Assembly (NCBI GenBank): GCA_965215195.1
Contig: CBDCDC010000002.1
Coordinates: 4,576,001 to 4,640,000, forward strand
Direction: 5' to 3'
DNA from: Candidatus Latescibacterota bacterium
GTDB taxonomy: Bacteria; Latescibacterota; UBA2968; UBA8231
DNA: 64,000 nucleotides
Positions 17,435 through 27,254 of this stretch are shown piece by piece (position 1 is the first letter of the stretch; each line of letters starts with the position of its first letter). A model generated the notes under the pieces. It did not search any database and was not told where the DNA came from. It saw only the letters and a program-made list of their open reading frames with translations. Both the position numbers and the translations under genes were made by a program.

Positions 17435-18427
17435 CTATTCGGCAGCCATGTATTCGTCGAAGTCGATTACAACGCCTTGCTCTGACGAGGTTCCCAAGGC
17501 GTTGATAAGGCCCACCGTGGCTAGGTTGCGCGGGCCGGAGAAGGGCGGCTCCACATCGTTGAGCACGTAGTCGCGGAAGCCGTCTAAGAGGATTTCCTCG
17601 GGATGGGGGGTTTCGTCCATGGGCACGATCTCGTCTGCATCGGCTCCGGGCCGCCGGATCGCCAAGCCGCCGGCGACCTCTTCGACCGTGCCCTTCTCGC
17701 AGTCCAGCCGCCAGCTAGAGCCGCCTTTGTGCGTGGCGAAGGTGCATTGGAAGTTGAACGTGGTGCCGTTGTGGAATTCGATCCAGCCGTCGATAGCCGC
17801 GCCGCCGCTATACGGGCTCCAGGGCGGATTAAAGCTGTGGCAGAACAGCCGTCGCGGCTCGGCGCTGAGCAGGTGGCGCAACTGGTCGAAGTCGTGGATG
17901 CCGCGCTCCCACAAATAGGCGTGTTGGTCCGCGCCCGAATGGTGCACCCGCGGGCGCCAGCCGTATTTGGTCATCAGGCCAAAGGAAGGCTGGCCCAAAT
18001 CGCCGCTTTGCAGCAGGCGGCGGATGGTTAAGACCGGCGGATAGTAGCGGGCGTTTTGGGTGACGGCGACCTTGAGACCGCGTTCAGTTGCCGCGGCGAC
18101 GATTTGCCGCGCTTGGCCGAGGTCTTTGGTGAAGGGCTTTTCGACGAGTACGTGCTTGCCAGCGCGGACCGCCTCCAAGCACTGGCCGGCGTGCAGGTCG
18201 GGCGGCGTAATGACCACTACGGCGTCGGCCTCAACGGCTTGCAGGGCAGCGGCGAGCGCAGAAAAACACGCCTCTTCGCCCAAGCCGGTAGTCTCCCGCG
18301 CTGCGGCGAGGTTTTCTGCGCTGACATCGACTAAGGCGACGGCCTCGAAGTCGGTGCGGTTGCGGAAGCGGTTTAGGGGCCAGCGGCCGCGGCCACCGGC
18401 GCCCACATGGATCGTGCGAATAGTCAT
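17435..18427 (-). CDS. Gfo/Idh/MocA-family oxidoreductase
   Basis: GAGGRG, TPPDLH, GKHVLVEKP, IHDFD. Confidence 0.9.
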   Translation of the reverse strand: MTIRTIHVGAGGRGRWPLNRFRNRTDFEAVALVDVSAENLAAARETTGLGEEACFSALAAALQAVEADAVVVITPPDLHAGQCLEAVRAGKHVLVEKPFTKDLGQARQIVAAATERGLKVAVTQNARYYPPVLTIRRLLQSGDLGQPSFGLMTKYGWRPRVHHSGADQHAYLWERGIHDFDQLRHLLSAEPRRLFCHSFNPPWSPYSGGAAIDGWIEFHNGTTFNFQCTFATHKGGSSWRLDCEKGTVEEVAGGLAIRRPGADADEIVPMDETPHPEEILLDGFRDYVLNDVEPPFSGPRNLATVGLINALGTSSEQGVVIDFDEYMAAE

Positions 18428-19911
18428 GCTGGGCTCCAATCGAGGGCGAGTTGGGTCAACAGGCGCACGCCGATGCCGACGCCGCCTCGCGGCACGTAGG
18501 GTTTGGCCTTTGCGCACCAAGCAGTGCCGGCGATGTCGAGGTGCGCCCAAGAGTAGGAGGCAAACTCAGCCAAAAGCGCCGCGGCCGTACTGGCACCGGC
18601 CGGCCGGCCGCCTGAGTTTTTCACGTCGGCGATGTCGCTGTCGATCTGGTCGCGGTACTCGGGCCACAGCGGCAAGCGCCAGAGCCGCTCGCCAGTTTGC
18701 TCTCCGGCGGCGAGCAGCCGATCCGCCAAGTCGTCGTCGTTGGCAAACAGGCCCGAAGCGTGGTGCCCCAGCGCGGTTACGCAAGCGCCAGTGAGGGTCG
18801 CCAGATCGACGACCGCGGCCGGCTCGTAGCGGGTGGCGTAGGCGAGGGCGTCGGCCAAGACGAGGCGGCCTTCGGCGTCCGTACTGACGATCTCGATGGT
18901 CTTGCCGGCGAGGGTGTGCAGCACGTCATCGGGGCGGAAGGCCGTGCTGGAGGGCATGTTCTCGGCCGCGGCGATCAGGCCGACGACCCGCCGTTTGAGA
19001 CCGAGCGCGGCCACCGCCTGCATAGCGCCCAAGACGGCCGCGGCACCGGACATGTCGGTCTTCATCGTGCGGATGCCCTCAACGCTCTTGAGCGAGAGGC
19101 CGCCGCTGTCAAAGGTGATGCCCTTGCCGACAAACACCAGCGGGGCACCCTCAGCGGGGCCGTGTTCAAGGACGATGAAACGCGGCTTATTGGCACTGCC
19201 CTGACCAACGGCCAGCAGGGCGTCCATGCCTAGCTCGGCCAAGCCCTGTGCGCCGAAAATCCGGCAGCGCAGATCGTGGGTTTTAGCCAAGCGACGGGCC
19301 GTGCGGGCCAAGTAGGCCGGCGTGACTTCGCCGCCAGGGTGGTTGACCAAGTCGCGGGCAAGGCAGGTGGCCTCGGCGAGGGCACGGCCCCGGCGGACAC
19401 CGCGCCGCGCCTCTTTGAGCTTGGCTTGGTCGAATTCGACGATGTGGATCGTTGTGAGCGGATAGGGCTGGCCACACGAGCGGTACTCGTCAAAGCGATA
19501 GGCTGCCAACAGCGAGGCTTCGGCCACAGCTTGGGCGGCCGGTTCGACGGGCAGGTTGCCTGCGCCCGTGCCGTGCAGAATGGTGGCCGCGCTCTTGGCA
19601 CCCAAGCCGCCGAGGGTGCCGATGGCCGTGCCGGCCGCGCGGCGCGCCCGTTCGAGGTCAAAGCTCTCCTGCTCGCCCAAGCCGACGACGAGGACGCGCG
19701 GCGCTGGAATCTGGCCATGCGCGTACAGCAGCAAGGTCTGGCCGGCCTTGCCCTCGAAGTCGCCCAAGTCAATCGCCGCCGAGATTTGCCCGCCTAGGGC
19801 TTGGTCAACCGCACCCGTAGCCCCACCGGGGCGCGCCCCAGCAAAGAGGTTGACCACCACAACGTCCGCGTCCTGTTTTTGGATGGCTCCTTGAATTACT
19901 TTAATATCCAT
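18424..19911 (-). CDS. pepA: Leucyl aminopeptidase (M17)
   Basis: VGKGITFDSGG, MKTDMSG, TDAEGRLVLAD, ATLTGA, HLDIAG. Confidence 0.95.
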   Translation of the reverse strand: MDIKVIQGAIQKQDADVVVVNLFAGARPGGATGAVDQALGGQISAAIDLGDFEGKAGQTLLLYAHGQIPAPRVLVVGLGEQESFDLERARRAAGTAIGTLGGLGAKSAATILHGTGAGNLPVEPAAQAVAEASLLAAYRFDEYRSCGQPYPLTTIHIVEFDQAKLKEARRGVRRGRALAEATCLARDLVNHPGGEVTPAYLARTARRLAKTHDLRCRIFGAQGLAELGMDALLAVGQGSANKPRFIVLEHGPAEGAPLVFVGKGITFDSGGLSLKSVEGIRTMKTDMSGAAAVLGAMQAVAALGLKRRVVGLIAAAENMPSSTAFRPDDVLHTLAGKTIEIVSTDAEGRLVLADALAYATRYEPAAVVDLATLTGACVTALGHHASGLFANDDDLADRLLAAGEQTGERLWRLPLWPEYRDQIDSDIADVKNSGGRPAGASTAAALLAEFASYSWAHLDIAGTAWCAKAKPYVPRGGVGIGVRLLTQLALDWSPA

Positions 19912-19941
19912 AACATTAGTGATGGGAAATAAGTGGTCATT

Positions 19942-19969
19942 TAACCACTAACCACTAACCACTAACCAT
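19942..19969. repeat. Heptamer tandem repeat (TAACCAC)x3 + TAACCAT
   Basis: Read directly in the AT-rich divergent intergenic region. Confidence 0.85.
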
Positions 19970-19987
19970 ATTGCTGTCAAGAATGCC

Positions 19988-20758
19988 ATGGACCTATTTC
20001 TGATCCGCCACGGCGAGTCCACCAACAACGCGCTAACCGATGTCAGCCAGCGCGTGGCCGATCCCGAATTGACCGCTAAAGGCCGGGCACAGGCCGAGCG
20101 GGTGGCTGCGTATGTAGCAGAAGGGTTGCACCTCGCCCCGGCCGAGCGCGCAGAGGAGCGGCCCTTTTTTGATCGGCTTTATTGCAGTCCGATGATCCGC
20201 ACCCTGCACACCGCGCAAGCGATCGGACAGGCACTGGGATCGGTGTCCGAGATATGGGCGGCGATTCACGAGCTGGGCGGCATCTACCTCGACCACGGCG
20301 GCGAGCGGGGAACCGTTGGCTATCCCGGCCTGACGCGCACGGAGATTGCCGCGCGTTTTCCCGCCAGCGTCGCATCGGCGGAAGTCGGCGAAGACGGGTG
20401 GTGGGACCAAGGCATGGAAACGAGTCAACAGGCCCAGCGCCGCGCTACCAACGTAGCCGCAGACTTGCTAGCGCGAGCCGGGGAAAAGACGCGCATCGGC
20501 TTGGTGACGCACGGCGGCTTTATGAGCCTGCTGCTAGGGGCCCTAGGCAACGGGCCGCGGAGCGAGGCCAACAGTTGGTCTGGGCTCGCCGCTGTACAAG
20601 AGGGCTTTTACTACGAACACGACAACACGGCCATCACCCGCGTTTCCCTGCACCGAGACCCCGCCTCGGCAGTCGTCAAATACCTCAACCGCACCGAGCA
20701 CCTGTCCGACGAGTTGCAGCTACTGCGTCCAAAACTGCGATGGATCACGCCGCCCTGA
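19988..20758 (+). CDS. Histidine phosphatase family protein
   Basis: LIRHGES, SPMIRT, VTHGG, NTAIT. Confidence 0.9.
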   Translation: MDLFLIRHGESTNNALTDVSQRVADPELTAKGRAQAERVAAYVAEGLHLAPAERAEERPFFDRLYCSPMIRTLHTAQAIGQALGSVSEIWAAIHELGGIYLDHGGERGTVGYPGLTRTEIAARFPASVASAEVGEDGWWDQGMETSQQAQRRATNVAADLLARAGEKTRIGLVTHGGFMSLLLGALGNGPRSEANSWSGLAAVQEGFYYEHDNTAITRVSLHRDPASAVVKYLNRTEHLSDELQLLRPKLRWITPP

Positions 20759-22119
20759 TAGGCGATCTCGGCACCTTCCTGCGCGAGGATCAGCTTTTGA
20801 CCTCGGCCGAGGATCGCAGCGTCTATGCCTTCGACGGGACCGCCCTGCTGCGCCAGCGACCCGCCTGCGTGGCGTTGCCGGAGAGCCGGGAGGAAGTAGC
20901 GCAGGTTCTGGCGCGGTGCAATGAGCGGGGAGTGCCCGTGGTGGCGCGGGGTTCGGGAACGGGCTTGGCGGGGGGGGCGGTGCCGGCACCCGGCGCGGTG
21001 GTGCTTTGTTTGGTCCGGCTCAACCAAATCCTAGCCCTAGACGCGGCCAACCTAGTCATGATCGTCCAGCCGGGGGTTCTCACTCAGCAGGTCGCCGACG
21101 CGGCCCAAGCCGCCGGCCTATTTTATCCCCCAGATCCCGGCTCGATTAAAATTTCAACTATCGGCGGCAATGTGGCCAACAATTCCGGGGGGCTGCGCGG
21201 CTTAAAATACGGCGTGACGCGCGACTACGTGATGGGGCTGGAGGTGGTCCTAGCCGATGGGCAGGTCTTGGAGACCGGCAACAAATGCGTCAAGGACGTG
21301 GCGGGGTTCGCGCTCAAAGATCTCTTCGTCGGCTCCGAGGGAATGCTGGGCGTCATTACCAAAATCGCGCTGAAGCTGGTCCCGGCACCTGCGAGCAAAA
21401 AGACCCTGCTCGGCCTCTACGACGAGATGACGCAAGCCGCGGCCACGGTCTCGGCGATTATCGCGCACAAAATTATCCCCTGCACCCTCGAATTTCTCGA
21501 CCGCACTACCATCGAATGCGTGGAAGCCCACGCCGGCATTGGCCTGCCAACGGATTGCGCGGCCGTGCTGCTGATGGAAGTAGATGGACATCCCGCGCAG
21601 GTGGCCGAGCAGGCCGCCCAGATCGAGGCCATTGCCCGCGAGGGCGGTGCCCGCTCGGTGCGGCTAGCCGCCTCAGAAGCAGAGGCCCAACAGCTTGCTG
21701 CGGCCCGGCGCACGGCCTTTAGTGCGCTGGCGCGGCGGGCCCCGACGGTCGTGCTGGAGGACGTCACCGTGCCGCGCAGCGAGCTAGCGGCCATGGTCGC
21801 CTACGTGCAGGAGGTCGGCCAGCGGCACCAAGTGCAGGTGGGGACCTTTGGCCACTTCGGCGACGGCAACCTGCACCCCACCTTCCTGTGCGACGAGCGC
21901 AACGCCGAGGAAATGGCCCGCGTCGAAAAGGCCATGGCCGAGGTTTTTGCCCGCGCCGTGGAATTGGGCGGCACCATCACGGGCGAGCACGGGGTCGGCT
22001 TGGCCAAAAAGCCCTACTTGCCCGGGCAAATAGGGCCGGTGGGACTGGAAATTCTCAAGCGGGTCAAGGCCGCCTTCGACCCCAAGGGCATCTTAAACCG
22101 AGGGAACATGTTCGATTGA
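20740..22119 (+). CDS. glcD: FAD-linked oxidase, glycolate oxidase GlcD-like
   Basis: RGSGTGLAGG, YPPDPGS, LKYGVT, GSEGMLG, HFGDGNLH, GEHGVG. Confidence 0.85.
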   Translation: MDHAALIGDLGTFLREDQLLTSAEDRSVYAFDGTALLRQRPACVALPESREEVAQVLARCNERGVPVVARGSGTGLAGGAVPAPGAVVLCLVRLNQILALDAANLVMIVQPGVLTQQVADAAQAAGLFYPPDPGSIKISTIGGNVANNSGGLRGLKYGVTRDYVMGLEVVLADGQVLETGNKCVKDVAGFALKDLFVGSEGMLGVITKIALKLVPAPASKKTLLGLYDEMTQAAATVSAIIAHKIIPCTLEFLDRTTIECVEAHAGIGLPTDCAAVLLMEVDGHPAQVAEQAAQIEAIAREGGARSVRLAASEAEAQQLAAARRTAFSALARRAPTVVLEDVTVPRSELAAMVAYVQEVGQRHQVQVGTFGHFGDGNLHPTFLCDERNAEEMARVEKAMAEVFARAVELGGTITGEHGVGLAKKPYLPGQIGPVGLEILKRVKAAFDPKGILNRGNMFD

Positions 22120-23456
22120 GCGACGACGGCCTGAACCTACTTAGCGGTCTGGATTACTCCGCGCTCCAGCAGTGCATGCACTGCGGCCTCTGCCTGCCGA
22201 CCTGCCCGACGTACGACGCGACCTTGCGCGAGCGCTCTTCGCCGCGGGGGCGGCTCGCGATGATGCGGGCCCTAGCCGATGGCGAGCTGGAGGCGAGTGC
22301 GACCTTTGCCGAAGAGATGTACTTCTGCCTCGGCTGCCTCGCCTGTCAAACCGCGTGTCCGGCCGGCGTGGACTATGCCGCGCTATTTGAAAACGCCCGC
22401 GCCGAAGTGGAGCGGCAGGGCTTACTCAATGGCGCAGTGCGGAACTTTGTGCGCCGTTGGGTGTTAGGCTGGCTCTTTGCCAAACAGACGCGCCTGCGGG
22501 CAGTGGCGCGCTTGTTGCGCGCATTCCAGCGCAGCGGCCTGCAAACCCTAACGCGCCGCAGCGGCCTCTTCAGGCTGCTGCCCTTTGGCTTGGGGGACCT
22601 CGAACCGCTGGCACCGCAGATTTCCCCGCGCTTTACCGACCAGCTGTATCGCCGCGACTTGCAGCAGGCGAATCCGCCCGCACCGCGCTACCGAGTCGCG
22701 CTGTTGGCCGGCTGCGTCCAAGACGTATCCTTTGCCGAGGTAAACGCCGATACAATATGCGTCTTGCAGCACAACGGCTGCCAAGTGCTGCTGCCGAGCG
22801 GACAGGCGTGTTGCGGCTCCCTGCACGCGCACAACGGCGCGGTCGAACAGGCGCGGCAGCAGGCGCGGCTCAACCTCGACGCCTTTGACGCCAAAAACCT
22901 CGACGCAATCGTCGTCAACGCCGGTGGCTGCGGCTTGCACTGCAAGCACTACGACCGCTTGCTAGCCGGCGACTCCACCTACGCGGAGCGGGCCGCTGTG
23001 TGGAGCGAAAAAGTAAAGGACGTCCACGAGTGGCTCGCCGACATCGGCTTGCGCCGGCCTCGCGCCGCAATGCCCCTGCAACAGGTCGCCTACCACGAGT
23101 CGTGCCACCTCAAGCACGGGCAGCGGGTCTCCGCAGCCCCGCGCGAGGTGCTTCAAGCCGTGCCCAATTTGGAGCTCGTGCCCCTGTCAGAGGCCGACTG
23201 GTGCTGCGGCAGCGCCGGCATCTACAACATCACCCAACCCGAGCTGTCCATGCAGCTACTCGACCGCAAGATGGCGCACGTGTGCGCAACCGGCGCGACT
23301 GCCGTGGCCACGGGCAACACGGGCTGCGCCATTCAGCTCCAGTACGGCGTCCGCCGCGCAAAAGCGGCCGTGGACGTCGTCCACCCGGTGTCGCTTTTGG
23401 CCGCCGCCTATCGCGCTGAAAACCAAGGAGGAACGCAATGCAGCACTTTGGCCTAA
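22116..23456 (+). CDS. glcF: Fe-S oxidoreductase, GlcF-like
   Basis: Two CxxCxxCxxxCP ferredoxin motifs and two CCG domains; TTG start overlaps glcD stop. Confidence 0.85.
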   Translation: MSDDGLNLLSGLDYSALQQCMHCGLCLPTCPTYDATLRERSSPRGRLAMMRALADGELEASATFAEEMYFCLGCLACQTACPAGVDYAALFENARAEVERQGLLNGAVRNFVRRWVLGWLFAKQTRLRAVARLLRAFQRSGLQTLTRRSGLFRLLPFGLGDLEPLAPQISPRFTDQLYRRDLQQANPPAPRYRVALLAGCVQDVSFAEVNADTICVLQHNGCQVLLPSGQACCGSLHAHNGAVEQARQQARLNLDAFDAKNLDAIVVNAGGCGLHCKHYDRLLAGDSTYAERAAVWSEKVKDVHEWLADIGLRRPRAAMPLQQVAYHESCHLKHGQRVSAAPREVLQAVPNLELVPLSEADWCCGSAGIYNITQPELSMQLLDRKMAHVCATGATAVATGNTGCAIQLQYGVRRAKAAVDVVHPVSLLAAAYRAENQGGTQCSTLA

Positions 23457-23782
23457 CCATTGAGTTGAAGGACAACCCCGAACTGATCGCCCAGTACAAG
23501 GCATACCACGCCAATCCTTGGCCCGAGCCGCTTCAGGGCTTAGGCGAGGTCGGCATCACCGACATGAAAATTTTTCTTTTGGGCCAGCGGATGTTCATGT
23601 ACATGACCGCCACCGACGAGTTCGATCCAGCCCGCGACTTCCCGCGCTACGTCGAGCAAAACCCCAAGGCGAAGGAATGGGATGAGCTGATGCGGACCTT
23701 TCAGCAGCAGGTGCCCGAGGCCAAAGAGGGGGAGTGGTGGGCCAATATGGAACTCGTGTTTGACTTGCAATTGCACGTGTGA
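23438..23782 (+). CDS. L-rhamnose mutarotase family protein
   Basis: YKAYH..PWPE, GI.DM.IF, W..M..VFDL. Confidence 0.85.
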   Translation: MQHFGLTIELKDNPELIAQYKAYHANPWPEPLQGLGEVGITDMKIFLLGQRMFMYMTATDEFDPARDFPRYVEQNPKAKEWDELMRTFQQQVPEAKEGEWWANMELVFDLQLHV

Positions 23783-23845
23783 GAGGCCATGAGGATAGAC
23801 TCGTCAAGCAATGACCAATAGACTATTCGACAGGAGAATTTAGCA

Positions 23846-24541
23846 ATGAGAATTGAACCCGAAATCGCCAGGGTTTCGCTCGTCATGCTTGGCCATTTCA
23901 ATCCTGCTATTTTTACACCTGCGTGGTTCGGGTGGAATGAGCTTCTTCCCGAAAAAACGGTCGATATTGCAGGTACGAAAATCGTCCATCCTCAAATCGC
24001 AACATTCGAGGCGGATTGGCTCAACTTGCATGTCCAACCAGAATTCTTCCAAATCAACACGACTCAGCCCCCCTATGTTCGCCTGCGGGACTTGGCTGTC
24101 CGAATTTTCCGCGAACACCTTCCTCATATCCCTCTTAACGCAATGGGGATCAACCGAGAAGTACACTTTTCCGTGAGGAGCTTTGACGAGCGAGATCGGC
24201 TCGGCAGATTGCTCGCGCCTACCGACCCATGGGGAGACTGGGGACAGAAACTAGAACCGGACGGAAAGCATGGCGGCATGGCCTCCCTCACTATGAGACA
24301 AGTTAACCCAGAAGGCAGACCGCCGGGCGGGCAAATAAACGTGACGGTGGAACCATCTAACCGGATCGGGCAAGGCCGTCTCGGCGTTTACGTTCGGGTC
24401 AATGACCACTATACTACTGAGAACGTAGAGAGCCAAATGGGAACTCGTAAAATCGTCGTGTTACTAGAGGAGAATTTTGACGAATCTTTGCGGTGTGCAG
24501 ATAAAATCATCGATCACATTATGTCCTTAACGGAGAAATAA
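23846..24541 (+). CDS. Hypothetical protein (TIGR04255-like; gene 1 of accessory triad)
   Basis: LVMLGHFNPAIFTPAWF N-terminus, P..AMGIN, NDH; family assignment tentative. Confidence 0.65.
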   Translation: MRIEPEIARVSLVMLGHFNPAIFTPAWFGWNELLPEKTVDIAGTKIVHPQIATFEADWLNLHVQPEFFQINTTQPPYVRLRDLAVRIFREHLPHIPLNAMGINREVHFSVRSFDERDRLGRLLAPTDPWGDWGQKLEPDGKHGGMASLTMRQVNPEGRPPGGQINVTVEPSNRIGQGRLGVYVRVNDHYTTENVESQMGTRKIVVLLEENFDESLRCADKIIDHIMSLTEK

Positions 24542-24543
24542 GA

Positions 24544-25134
24544 ATGTCGGAAGCTGCATTCGCCCCTGCGGGTAACAAACTTCAGGACTCATCAGGGTTC
24601 AACGAAAATCCGAATGCACCTAATACCCTTGAGCAATCGCTTCTTCGGGAAGGATATGCGGAGCGGATCGCGGCTACACTAAAACAGTGCCGAGATTCGG
24701 AGCTGTATGATGTTGACGTTTCTGAGAGGACCTCGGAGCTGTATGATGTTGACGTAATCATTAATTTCCCTGACCTAGCTCAAGTTTCGCGGCCTGTGCC
24801 CCAAGTCAGTTTTCATCTGCTTCAGGAGTGGGAAGGGCATGTCATAGAAATAGGAGAGGACGACTTCACAGTGCGGCTATTAGACCTGACCGCCGGTTCC
24901 TCGCATGAAGAGGAAGAAGCCGTCATTCCTCTCTCCGAGATTTCAGAAGACGATCTCAAGCGTCTGCGCCTCGGCAGCATCTTTCGCTGGGTCATGGGCT
25001 ACGAGCGTTCCGCGAGTGGAACTAAGCAGCGTGTCTCCCGGATCGTCTTCCGCGAACTTCCTGTTGCGACCAAACAGGATATAGCCGAAGCCGAGAAACG
25101 GGCTAGGAAGACCGCTCAGTTATGGGCGGACTAA
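24544..25134 (+). CDS. Hypothetical protein (gene 2 of triad) with beta-rich C-terminal domain
   Basis: 2-nt gap after gene 1; LQEWEGHV...GSIFRWVMGY; internal 23-bp repeat. Confidence 0.65.
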   Translation: MSEAAFAPAGNKLQDSSGFNENPNAPNTLEQSLLREGYAERIAATLKQCRDSELYDVDVSERTSELYDVDVIINFPDLAQVSRPVPQVSFHLLQEWEGHVIEIGEDDFTVRLLDLTAGSSHEEEEAVIPLSEISEDDLKRLRLGSIFRWVMGYERSASGTKQRVSRIVFRELPVATKQDIAEAEKRARKTAQLWAD

Positions 25135-26207
25135 CTACCCGCGGAGTTCCACCTAAATACAATGTGATGGAAGTGACCCTTGTCGGCCCTGGTTACGGAG
25201 AATGCATACTTCTTCATATAGGGAACGGAAGTTGGGTAATTGTCGATTCCTGTATCGGAGCAGACTCTCGTCCAGCAGCGTTGGCTTATCTCCATGACAT
25301 GGGATTAGATCCTCCTGAGGTGGTTCACCTCATAGTTACCACTCATTGGCATGACGACCATATACGTGGCATGGGAGAGTTGGTCGAGGTCTGCGAAGAT
25401 GCGATTTTCTGTTGTGCAAGTGCCCTTCGTAAACAGGAATTCCTCGCGATGATGGACTCTATAGCGAGTCGTCCTATGTCCCAAGTGGGCTCTGGCATGC
25501 AGGAACTCTACAAAGTCCGGTCACTCCTTGAGGAGAGGTCTGCCAAGCCTGTATTTGCCATAGCCAATCGTAGAATCTTCAGTCGGGATGGTTGCGAAAT
25601 CTGGTCTCTCTCGCCTTTCGACAAGGAAGTTGACAGCTTCTTGCAGGAAATGGACCATCTCCGGCCACAGGAACGTGAAACAAAAAGACGAACTCCTACC
25701 CTGACCCCTAACAAAATTGCGGTTGTTCTATTAATCAAGGTCGGCGATACGGCGATTCTCCTCGGTTCCGATCTTGAAGGGCGTGGCTGGTTGGATATCC
25801 TCGCTGCCCACGAACGACCGGATTGCAAAGCTTCCATTTTCAAAGTTCCACATCATGGTTCCCAAAACGCCCATGAGGATAGAGTATGGAGTGAGATGCT
25901 GCATGGTGAACCAATAGCGGCGCTCACTCCGTGGAGAAAAGGTGGACGGAGTTTACCGACGAAGAGCGACGTAAAACGTATTCTCTCGTTTACCCGAAAG
26001 GCTTATGCGACTGCGCCGTTCGGTATTCCTAGTCCCAAATCCGCACGGAGAAGGAATAGAACGGTAGAAAAGACTATCCGGGAAGCTAGTAAAAGAATCA
26101 GTCACATCGCCCCGTCTCCCGGAATGATCCGCCTGCGCCGGAGGTTCGGGTCACAACTGGATTGGGATATTGAGACGTTTGCGCCGGCATGTCAGTTGAT
26201 GGACTAG
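25122..26207 (+). CDS. MBL-fold (ComEC/Rec2-like) metallo-hydrolase, putative nuclease (gene 3 of triad)
   Basis: GYGECIL, VDS, THWHDDHIRG (HxHxDH), GSD, KVPHHGS. Confidence 0.85.
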   Translation: MGGLTTRGVPPKYNVMEVTLVGPGYGECILLHIGNGSWVIVDSCIGADSRPAALAYLHDMGLDPPEVVHLIVTTHWHDDHIRGMGELVEVCEDAIFCCASALRKQEFLAMMDSIASRPMSQVGSGMQELYKVRSLLEERSAKPVFAIANRRIFSRDGCEIWSLSPFDKEVDSFLQEMDHLRPQERETKRRTPTLTPNKIAVVLLIKVGDTAILLGSDLEGRGWLDILAAHERPDCKASIFKVPHHGSQNAHEDRVWSEMLHGEPIAALTPWRKGGRSLPTKSDVKRILSFTRKAYATAPFGIPSPKSARRRNRTVEKTIREASKRISHIAPSPGMIRLRRRFGSQLDWDIETFAPACQLMD

Positions 26208-26214
26208 CGAACGA

Positions 26215-26400
26215 TCCACGTTCAAATCGCCGCCTTTTGTCGGCGCAATCACATCCGGCGCATGGCCTTGTTCGGCTCGGTCCTGCGCGACGACTTCACG
26301 CCCGAGATCGACGTGGATGTACTCGTGGAGTTCGAGCCGGATGCACGTATCGGCTACATTGATCTAGCTGGATTGGAGCTTGGGCTGACGCCGAGCGTTT
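26215..26400 (+). pseudogene. Truncated MNT-type nucleotidyltransferase antitoxin relic
   Basis: [24 protein letters not shown]...DVDVLVEF; C-terminus lost, no HEPN partner. Confidence 0.7.
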
Positions 26401-26489
26401 TGTTAGGGACTCTAAGTTCAATAGAGGCGGTATATGAGCGGACGTGATTTACAGACAGCCTATCCAACTTCCAATACAGGAGACCAGCT

Positions 26490-27254
26490 ATGAACAATAA
26501 AGGCCGAGTCGCCGGTAAGGCGGCCATTGTAACAGGTGCGGCTTCCGGGATTGGGGAAGCCACCGCCCAAGTGCTGGCGCGCGAAGGTGCGTCCGTCTGC
26601 GTGGCAGATGTCAATGCCGACGGTGGCCAGCGGGTCGTCGATAAAATCAAGGCCGACGGTGGCGAGGCCATTTTCGTCCGCACCGACGTGGGCGAATCCG
26701 CCGAGGTCATCGAGATGTTCGTGCGCACCGAAGCCGCTTTTGGCCGCGTGGACATCGTCCACAACAACGCGATATGGTTCCGCCACGGCCCGGCGACCGA
26801 ACTCGACGAAAAGGATTGGGACGGCACCTTAAACATTGGCTTAAAGGCGATTTTTCTCGCCGCCAAATACGGCATCCCGGTCATGCGCAAAACCGGGGGC
26901 GGCGCGATTATCAACACCGGCTCGGTGCATTCGCTGGTCAGCTTTGCCACGGCCACGGCCTACGACGCGGCCAAGGCCGGAGTCTTGGGCCTAACCCGAA
27001 CCCTCGCCATTGACTACGGGCCGGACATCCGCGTCTGCGCCGTGCTGCCCGGGGCGATTCTGACGCCCTTGTGGGACGATCTACAAGTGCCGCAGGAGGA
27101 GCGCGTACGCTACGCCAAGATGGTGCCGGCCCAGCGCTTGGGCACGTGCGAGGACATCGCCAATGCGGTGCTGTTCCTCGCCTCGGACGAGGCGTCCTTT
27201 ATCACCGGAACCGCCCTGACCGTAGATGGCGGGATGCTGGCGCGGACCGAGTAG
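26490..27254 (+). CDS. SDR-family oxidoreductase
   Basis: TGAASGIG, NNA, YDAAK, VDGG. Confidence 0.93.
   Translation: MNNKGRVAGKAAIVTGAASGIGEATAQVLAREGASVCVADVNADGGQRVVDKIKADGGEAIFVRTDVGESAEVIEMFVRTEAAFGRVDIVHNNAIWFRHGPATELDEKDWDGTLNIGLKAIFLAAKYGIPVMRKTGGGAIINTGSVHSLVSFATATAYDAAKAGVLGLTRTLAIDYGPDIRVCAVLPGAILTPLWDDLQVPQEERVRYAKMVPAQRLGTCEDIANAVLFLASDEASFITGTALTVDGGMLARTE

Noticed and set aside
20182-22115. Long N-terminal extensions of GlcD/GlcF (and similarly of ssb, Uma2, RraA and the RelE toxin) in the ORF track
   Set aside because: They overlap upstream genes; downstream starts fit family lengths and, where visible, RBS or stop-start coupling.
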